Assembly: GCA_964387885.1 (NCBI GenBank)
Contig: CAYLYZ010000012.1
Span: 6,576-70,575 of the forward strand
From: an uncultured bacterium
Lineage (GTDB): Bacteria > Electryoneota > AABM5-125-24 > Hatepunaeales > Hatepunaeaceae
DNA: 64,000 bases
Direction: 5' to 3'
Under the pieces are notes generated by a model that worked only from the letters and a program-made list of their open reading frames with translations, was not told where the DNA came from and did not search any database. Shown one piece after another: positions 58,201 through 64,000 of this stretch; within the stretch, counting starts at the first letter, position 1, and each line of letters starts with the position of its first letter. Both the position numbers and the translations under genes were made by a program.

Positions 58201-58831
58201 CACAGTTCCTGAAGAAAATGAATTTGCTCGGTCACCCCATCGAGAAATCCCCGAAACTCCCTCCCATCCGAATACAGACACGAACATGAGTGTCTTGATT
58301 CTTGCTGATCAATTGGATGGACGGACAATTAAGATATTTGCGGAAGGTGAACTTGTCGGTTCCGGTGTTATCGAAAATGGAGTTTGTGGTATTGCAGTCT
58401 GGGGAGATGACTCAACAACAGATGAAACAGATGGAGTTGTTACTGGTGAAAACCTCACTCTGAAAATTGGAAAAAATCAGCCGGAATTTATTACCGTACT
58501 TGGGAAAGGGACTTATTCAACTGATGGATTCTGGGTAATACAGCTTTCCGCTGATTCAGCTATCCTGCTGGAATTTGGAATATCATCTGTTCACCCGAAT
58601 CCCTTCAACAGCGTTACCCGGTTGACATTCGGCTTGCCGGAAATGTCTGTTGTCACGGTTGCGGTTTACGACCTGACTGGTCGGATGGTTACGGAATTGG
58701 TCAGCCGGGAGATGAAAGCCGGGAATCACACCGTAGTATGGGATGCAAAGGATGCAACAACAGGCGTTTATATGGTCAGGATAAGGTCAGGAGTGCAAAG
58801 TGCGGTTGAGAAAATCGTATTGGTGAAGTGA
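55292..58831 (+). CDS. giant secreted protein, paralog of 17315..20878 (beta-propeller-like, CarbopepD_reg-like, tandem Trp-rich modules, T9SS CTD)
   Basis: GAGGAG RBS and a signal peptide. Modules GWNMVSTNVQP...MKDGDGRFYSPEFGF and GWSMISYFP...AKDGDGHFYSPAFGFSNMGDMAEGFGYQVKI. C-terminal HPNPFNSVTRLTFGLP. Confidence 0.8.
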   Translation: MNVYKTRLFLTLVFIIFLFGSTVTAEISFDPHGFGLTVAENDLAEIELEVSNNFEFDVSFGVSSSLVDEDGMMVGPMRDDPGDLIDEFEPQQLGNVNRHVTGIAWDEGNGWMWLSESDNARVQAVDPNDNYRMVGQVNMPEPVSGLGYYDGVFYGVGWTNHAWLFRVDAEGDNLGNFNLQGSAGAVDCGAEGLLFAMAQQVIYIYDIENDYQLLGNFRNYENFLQDDELVQSVCWVDEHPNGQLWLNSRAGNGDNHAWQVAVDTDEWAATGLTQEFITDAQDQQMGHPRDGIGHDGENLWITHWQSPRIRIIDDGVAEISILEIDPEEGVIAAEDLELILISANAEGVEAGVYNFLLSFEFAEVDQEESFVIEISAVVSIASPTFDVSGTVTDPATGENIEDVTVNLDQYIMTRQTNGEGGFLFSDLPPDEYEFNFSAPGYLPFTTRALVGDEGDLDLEIELLFAECEIDLDEVIEELGIDENTQVNFNATNNGTGPLTYTVDRRLLGDANADPWTLRTSFDVGVQLEDSRIQGAVYINGNYFVAGAHNYEPAIYILNGEGELLDLFIQPGENRYGMKDIASDGELIWGAVRDVIYGLTPDGEVAVSFESPYSPTNNMAWDGDRELLWVASTTAGITGVDREGNVVAEVDRQGLRIYGLAYYPDDPDGHQLYVFHKDADIGNNIVDKIDIENDEAQHVGVLEPEAGGSAAAAFITNEYDVYSWVFMAVANNGGEDRIDIWQIDARKDWMAVEPAEGAIESEGSQEFVLTLDATDLPAVVFEGEVVLVHNGRGDEVSLPITLTVGDGGGEQERVIEHHDGWNMVSTNVQPDPNEIPELTAGLVENDLLLLMKDGDGRFYSPEFGFCNIPGWNVADGYQIKMDGAGELVLTGEPVNADDPIQLDIGWSMISYFPREPVDAVVALSGIVEQLLMAKDGDGHFYSPAFGFSNMGDMAEGFGYQVKITEDTELVYTVPEENEFARSPHREIPETPSHPNTDTNMSVLILADQLDGRTIKIFAEGELVGSGVIENGVCGIAVWGDDSTTDETDGVVTGENLTLKIGKNQPEFITVLGKGTYSTDGFWVIQLSADSAILLEFGISSVHPNPFNSVTRLTFGLPEMSVVTVAVYDLTGRMVTELVSREMKAGNHTVVWDAKDATTGVYMVRIRSGVQSAVEKIVLVK

Positions 58832-59073
58832 ACACAAAATAACTTTACTAAGGGTAATGTACGTGACATTACATTACCCCTCAAAGTCCATCGATTTTGG
58901 ATAGATCCTGATCAATCGTAATCACGAATCGCCAATACGGATTGATACATTACTTGTGACACATTCAGCCGTGTTGGAACAGAAAGCGCTTATCGACCGA
59001 GATATCTCCAAACCGAAAGCAAGGCTAATTTTGGCTGACCGGGGCTAAGTTTTGGTGGTTTTATTCACGAATT

Positions 59074-59099
59074 CACACGCACTGAGGCGTGTGCTACTT
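59074..59099. repeat. 26-nt hairpin repeat CACACGCACTGAGGCGTGTGCTACT (family 5), copy 1
   Basis: Stem ACACGC/GCGTGT. Second copy at 60381-60405. Confidence 0.7.
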
Positions 59100-59133
59100 T
59101 GGTTATTTAAGTAACATAAATGGTAATTTGAAA

Positions 59134-60117
59134 ATGCAAACAAGAAAATTGGGTTTTACTGATCTTCACCTTTCTGAAATCGGGTTTGGAGCCTGGGCAC
59201 TTGGTGGAGACGGCTGGGCGTTTGGCTGGGGTCCACAGGATGATAGCGAGTCAATTGCGGCGATACGCAGGTCGCTCGAACTTGGTGTTAACTGGATTGA
59301 TACTGCCGCAATCTATGGACATGGCCACAGTGAAACCGTCGTAGCCAAAGCCGTAGAGGGTATTCGTGATGAGGTAATCATCGCTACAAAGTGTTCCATT
59401 GTCTGGGACGAAAATGGAAAAACATCATGCTGCCTGAAAGCCGACAGTATTCTCAAAGAATGTGAAGACAGCCTCCGTCGGCTTAAAACGGACAGGATCG
59501 ATCTATACCAGATCCACTGGCCAAACGATCCCGATAACATCGAAGAAGGCTGGGAAGCAATGGGTCAGTTGATTAAAGATGGTAAAATTCGCTATGGAGG
59601 CGTCTCTAACTATCGAGTTTCTCACTTGGAACAGTGCCAGCCCAAACACCCGATAGCTTCACTTCAACCACCATATTCCATGCTGAGGCGTGCTGTCGAG
59701 TTAGAGGGAGAGTTTGAATACTGCAAAAACAATGATATCGGTATTGTCCCTTACAGCCCTATGCAATGCGGTCTGCTAACGGACAGCTTCGATATGAACC
59801 GTGTTGCCGAGAACGACTGGCGACGTCAATCCGATGAGTTCAAGTCACCGAATCTCGAAATCAACCAGAATTTCGCAAAATCACTAAAAGAGATTGCAAA
59901 TAAATACGAAAAAACTGTCGCTCAGCTTGCGGTTGCCTGGACATTGCGCCTGGATGTTGTAACATCATCTATCGTTGGTGCCCGAAGACCTTCGCAGATA
60001 GAAGAAACGGTTGGTGCATCGGGTTGGGAGATTGAAAAGGAAGATTTGGATGAAATTGATGAGATGTTGGGACAACGTGTTAATGAGATTAAGAAACAGG
60101 ATGGATATCTGGTTTAA
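59134..60117 (+). CDS. aldo/keto reductase family oxidoreductase
   Basis: AKR N-terminus LGFTDLHLSEIGFGAWALGG...IDTAAIYGHG, followed by the IHWPN motif. Confidence 0.85.
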   Translation: MQTRKLGFTDLHLSEIGFGAWALGGDGWAFGWGPQDDSESIAAIRRSLELGVNWIDTAAIYGHGHSETVVAKAVEGIRDEVIIATKCSIVWDENGKTSCCLKADSILKECEDSLRRLKTDRIDLYQIHWPNDPDNIEEGWEAMGQLIKDGKIRYGGVSNYRVSHLEQCQPKHPIASLQPPYSMLRRAVELEGEFEYCKNNDIGIVPYSPMQCGLLTDSFDMNRVAENDWRRQSDEFKSPNLEINQNFAKSLKEIANKYEKTVAQLAVAWTLRLDVVTSSIVGARRPSQIEETVGASGWEIEKEDLDEIDEMLGQRVNEIKKQDGYLV

Positions 60118-60380
60118 TTATTTTAGGTCAGTAGCGTACGCCTCCGTGCCTGGGACCTCTTAACAATACCCATTTATGCCCCGGTCAGCCGTGGATTGTC
60201 AACGAAATTCGAACACAAACACAATAAATATCCCGAAACAAACGAATATAGAGCTGACCGGGTTAATCACATTGTAAATCATGGTCAACTCATTATTTGA
60301 ATGCTGAGGATTGGGAATATAACTTTTTTTTACTCCATCTGTTTTTACATGGCTGACCTTGCCATATGTGATTGAATCTC

Positions 60381-60440
60381 CACACGCACGGAGGCGTGTG
60401 CTACTGAAAAAAAAGTAGCGCAGACTAAAATCCGCGCTAC
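60381..60440. terminator. family 5 hairpin copy 2 followed by bidirectional terminator hairpin AGTAGCGC-N12-GCGCTACT flanked by A/T runs
   Basis: Lies between the convergent AKR (+) and pepF (-) genes. Confidence 0.65.
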
Positions 60441-60479
60441 TTTTGAACTATTACTTTCAGGCGGGAATGCCTGATCAAA

Positions 60480-62237
60480 TTAATGACTTTCCAGTTTGCT
60501 CACTCTTTCAATTTCAGCTTCAACCGCATCCATTAAAGGTTGAATCGTATCAGCACTAAAATCAAATTTTGTGTTCGCAGCTTCAAAGAGTTCAGGCAGT
60601 GTTTTGGTTCCACCAAAAGCGAGTGCTTCTTTGTATGCATTAACTGCAGATTCGAGGTTTTGTAGTGAATTCCTCCAGACCTGCAGAGCTCCCAGAAGTG
60701 CAATTCCGTATTCAATGTAGTAAAATGGCACTTCAAATATGTGTAGTTGAGCATGCCATCTGTATTTTAAAACTTCTTCATAACCGGAATGATCAATTCC
60801 CGGATTAAACCTCTTGTCTAATTCAAGCCAAAACTCAGCACGCTCTTCATCTGTATGGTCGGGATTGGTATAAATCCAATGCTGGAAAGCATCAACTGTT
60901 GCTACCCATGCCAGGAGGGAAATATCACCGCTGAAATGATCGTTGATTGCCCGTGCAGCATCAGCCTCATTATAAAATTCATCGAAATGAGGAAGACTCA
61001 TGTGTTCCATCGCCATTGAAGCGATTTCACAAAACTCCATTGGCGCATGACGTAGTGACATCAAAGGTTCATTACGTGCCAGCGTTGAATGGAAGGAGTG
61101 TCCACCTTCATGAAGTAGTGTAAAGAGGTCTCTATTCAAACCCACGGCATTCATGAAGATAAAAGGATGTCGAACTTCATGCAGCGATGTTTGATAACCA
61201 CCGGGGGCTTTTCCCTTTCGACTATCAAGGTCAAGTAAACCGAGATCGATTAATTCCTGGAAAAATCCACCGAGTTCAGGATCAACCCTGTTAAAAATCT
61301 TTTGACATCCATGGATCAATTCCTGAGTGTTCTTGAAAGGTATTTGAGGTGACCGACCATATTTATCGCATGACATATCATATGTGCGAATTGTATCAAT
61401 TCCCAGGGCAGCTTTTCGACTTTCGCGCTGACGTTTCATCATCGGAACGACATTATCCTCAACAGCCCTATGGTATTTCTCGCATTCTTCGGGTGTATAG
61501 TCAAATCTCTCGTATTTCCTGAACATGTAATCGCGATAGTTATCAAATCCGGCATTCCCTGCAACCTGGATGCGGAGTTTTAACATTTTGTTGAATAAGT
61601 CTTCTAATTTCTCAACATCTTCTAAACGACGGTTTGAGATGAGCTCAAACACTTCTTTGCGCAATTCACGATCTGTCTCTTCGAGAAAAACACCCATCTG
61701 CTGCATGGTTCTCTCTTCTCCTCTGAAGTTCACCGTCATTGCACCCATAATCTTCTGGTACTTCTGTGACAGCTTATCGATTTCAGTTTCGAGTTCTATA
61801 TTCTCTTCTCGAAAGAGTTCTACCTTGTTGCGGGTACTGCGCAGCATTAAACCGTAACGATCTTCGTCCAAATGCGACACATAAGGATTCTCAATCAGTT
61901 TTTTCTGTAATTGGAAATTGTATGGTTTTGATTTGGGTTGAATCTCGGAGATAAGGTGTAAATATATTTTCTCAGCTTCCTTATCTTCTGTATTGCAGGT
62001 CATTGCAATTGAGGATCGAGAACCTTCTTCAGAAAGAGCAGATTGAAACTCATTTCTGTCAAAGATCCACTTTTCAAGAGATTCAATACTATCGATTTCT
62101 CTACCCAGCAACTCTTTATATATCGGTTCTATACTTTCCCAATCCATAAGGTCAACGTTTACTGGAACATACTTACGTGGAAATTCTTCCGAAGGTCGTT
62201 TAATCTCCGCAACTCGATTCACAGTTTCACCGCTCAT
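60480..62237 (-). CDS. pepF: oligoendopeptidase F (M3 family)
   Basis: HEGGHSFH zinc-binding HExxH motif. 585 aa. Confidence 0.85.
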   Translation of the reverse strand: MSGETVNRVAEIKRPSEEFPRKYVPVNVDLMDWESIEPIYKELLGREIDSIESLEKWIFDRNEFQSALSEEGSRSSIAMTCNTEDKEAEKIYLHLISEIQPKSKPYNFQLQKKLIENPYVSHLDEDRYGLMLRSTRNKVELFREENIELETEIDKLSQKYQKIMGAMTVNFRGEERTMQQMGVFLEETDRELRKEVFELISNRRLEDVEKLEDLFNKMLKLRIQVAGNAGFDNYRDYMFRKYERFDYTPEECEKYHRAVEDNVVPMMKRQRESRKAALGIDTIRTYDMSCDKYGRSPQIPFKNTQELIHGCQKIFNRVDPELGGFFQELIDLGLLDLDSRKGKAPGGYQTSLHEVRHPFIFMNAVGLNRDLFTLLHEGGHSFHSTLARNEPLMSLRHAPMEFCEIASMAMEHMSLPHFDEFYNEADAARAINDHFSGDISLLAWVATVDAFQHWIYTNPDHTDEERAEFWLELDKRFNPGIDHSGYEEVLKYRWHAQLHIFEVPFYYIEYGIALLGALQVWRNSLQNLESAVNAYKEALAFGGTKTLPELFEAANTKFDFSADTIQPLMDAVEAEIERVSKLESH

Positions 62238-62495
62238 GGTCTTTCCTCTTTATTTTGTCGTCAGTGTTGTATACACTGATCTTGTGTTTTCTTTTAAGTT
62301 CTACGTTTAACCAGCTCGATTCCAAGTAAATGAGAGAACAATTATTGAATGATGAAAAAAAACAAATAAAAATTGCTCCGAAGGGAAAACGTGGTTTAGG
62401 GTGTTTAAAAATTGCGACAAAAGAAAGGCGATGCCATATTGACATCGCCATAATTTCTTTAATCTGCAGGGCGTTTTGCCCGGTAATGGTTTCTG

Positions 62496-62567
62496 AGCGA
62501 GAGACGGGATTCGGACCCGCGACCTTCACGTTGGCAACGTGATACTCTACCGCTGAGTTACTCTCGC
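62496..62567 (-). tRNA. tRNA-Gly (anticodon GCC)
   Basis: GCGAGAGUAACUCAGCGGUAGAGUAUCACGUUGCCAACGUGAAGGUCGCGGGUCCGAAUCCCGUCUCUCGCU. Anticodon loop UUGCCAA. Discriminator U. Confidence 0.8.
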
Positions 62568-62797
62568 TTTGAACTACATTTCCACACGCTGTCAATTGCT
62601 ATCGGATGATGATTTGTCATCATCAATTTCATCAAACTGACGATAACGGTCTATCACCTTTCGGCGGCGTTTTCGCAGATTGGTTTTCTGCCTTTGACCA
62701 ATAATATAAACAAAAATGAACGCCACCGCAAGACCAAGTATAAATAGAATTTCTATCACTTTTAGTTTCCGTTAAAAAATCCCCATGGCATTTTTTT

Positions 62798-63889
62798 TTA
62801 TTCCGTCTTTCTGAACAGCAAACCAACTCCAAGTACTGCAAAAACAATATTTCCAATCCATGCGGAAAACCACGGATCCAACACTCCTTTAATACCGAGA
62901 ATCTTCCCTGTCTGGATTAATCCGAAGTAGAGAAAGCATATAAAGAGACTTAAACCAAAACCAAGAGCGGTCCCGCCCCGTCTTCTGACAGCAGCGATGG
63001 GAGCACCAAAAACCACAATTATTATTGCTGCAACAGGATGAGCTGCTTTTGCATAAAGTTCAACCTCCCATCGTCGGGACTCCCCCCCAATCCGTTTGAA
63101 TCGAGATAAAAATTCCTGCAACTGAGAAGCGTTCATTTCTTCAGGTTTTGTCTGCACTTTCTCAAGTTCATCAGGTCGCAGATCATCACCGGGTATTTTC
63201 AACCTGATATCCTGCTGCCACAAGACCGGTCCCGTTATGGAATCGATCCCAGTAAACTGCAGTTCGTTTGCATCCTGAAGAATCCAGTTATCATTTAACC
63301 AGATCATCTTTGCGGCATCAAATCTGTCAATCACTTTACCATTTTCAACTTCGAGGAGACGTACTCCAAACGCTTCTTTAGTTTCAGCCCTGTAGTTATC
63401 AATATAGAGCTGCCTGTCAGATCCGACCTGAACATATATTCTGCCCTTGAGTGCCCTGCTTTCACGCGGAACTTTTTTAACTTCATACCGCATGATATCC
63501 ATTCTTTCACGATTGGCTTGTGGCACAATAGTTTCACCCAGAGTATATGTGATAAATGCCCAACCGCAGGTAGCCAAAACGAGCATAAATAAAGGTCTGA
63601 GAAATGGGACTCCAGCGACCTTAATTGCGGTCAATTCATTTGAAACGGTCATACCACCGATTGTGAAAAGCGTTGCCAGGAGAGCAGCTACAGGCAGTAC
63701 TAAATAGAATATATAGGGCACAAAAAGGTAATAATATCTTAAAATTACACCGCCGGAGGCATCATTATCAACAAACTCATCAAGATTCTCAGCCAGGTCC
63801 ATCACAACGAATATAACTACTGCTGCCATTACAGCCCACAACAATTTGGTCGTAAAAAAGGAGATTAAATAGCGGTCAAGGATTTTCAT
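62798..63889 (-). CDS. LPS export ABC permease, LptF/LptG (YjgP/YjgQ) family
   Basis: 363 aa with 6 TM helices and a periplasmic beta-jellyroll insert. N-terminus MKILDRYLISFF is typical. Confidence 0.8.
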   Translation of the reverse strand: MKILDRYLISFFTTKLLWAVMAAVVIFVVMDLAENLDEFVDNDASGGVILRYYYLFVPYIFYLVLPVAALLATLFTIGGMTVSNELTAIKVAGVPFLRPLFMLVLATCGWAFITYTLGETIVPQANRERMDIMRYEVKKVPRESRALKGRIYVQVGSDRQLYIDNYRAETKEAFGVRLLEVENGKVIDRFDAAKMIWLNDNWILQDANELQFTGIDSITGPVLWQQDIRLKIPGDDLRPDELEKVQTKPEEMNASQLQEFLSRFKRIGGESRRWEVELYAKAAHPVAAIIIVVFGAPIAAVRRRGGTALGFGLSLFICFLYFGLIQTGKILGIKGVLDPWFSAWIGNIVFAVLGVGLLFRKTE

Positions 63890-64000
63890 AAGTTGAGTAT
63901 TCTCTGCTTATCTCCGTGAAAATTTCTTTGAGAGAAATTGGGTGAGTGTATGAATACCGGGGAATGTTATCCTTCTCCCTACAATCCATAAAAACCACAA

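Noticed and set aside
62227-62595. 122-aa minus-strand ORF
   Set aside because: It spans tRNA-Gly(GCC) and overlaps the pepF start. It has no coding character, and the tRNA call explains the region.

Overview
This 64 kb window looks like a metagenome-type contig from a Gram-negative bacterium of the Fibrobacteres-Chlorobi-Bacteroidetes (FCB) group. The evidence is six type IX secretion (T9SS) C-terminal sorting domains, an LptF/G permease, Omp85-type barrels and a ~42% GC content. All calls are from reading the sequence by eye; nothing was computed or searched.

Housekeeping genes: lon; a dnaX-ybaB pair preceded by a long-form SRP RNA and tRNA-Ala; tldE/tldD; tricorn protease; pepF; an aldo-keto reductase; a Zn-dependent alcohol dehydrogenase; a DAACS symporter; tRNA-Arg(TCT) and tRNA-Gly(GCC). 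There is also a 9-10 gene Mrp-type cation/proton antiporter cluster in a non-canonical order (E-F-G-B'-B-C-D-D-x-A).

The accessory content is unusually rich:
1. A REP-associated tyrosine transposase (RAYT) has its cognate 62-nt REP units both flanking it and inserted in-frame inside its ORF.
2. At least five further families of palindromic extragenic repeats are scattered through most intergenic gaps.
3. A NACHT-type STAND NTPase (candidate antiphage NLR-like protein) is bracketed by inverted pairs of REP-like hairpins and has a glycine-zipper N-terminus.
4. A HEPN/MNT toxin-antitoxin pair in reversed gene order is followed by a DUF2513 gene and a small membrane protein.
5. Three giant paralogous T9SS cargo proteins (one fused to an M14 carboxypeptidase) share an undescribed tandem ~80-aa Trp-rich module ahead of the sorting domain.
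6. A patatin-POTRA-Omp85 fusion resembles type Vd secreted phospholipases (PlpD).
7. An ~80-nt structured element recurs twice with compensatory base changes (candidate small RNA).

No CRISPR array and no rRNA were seen.
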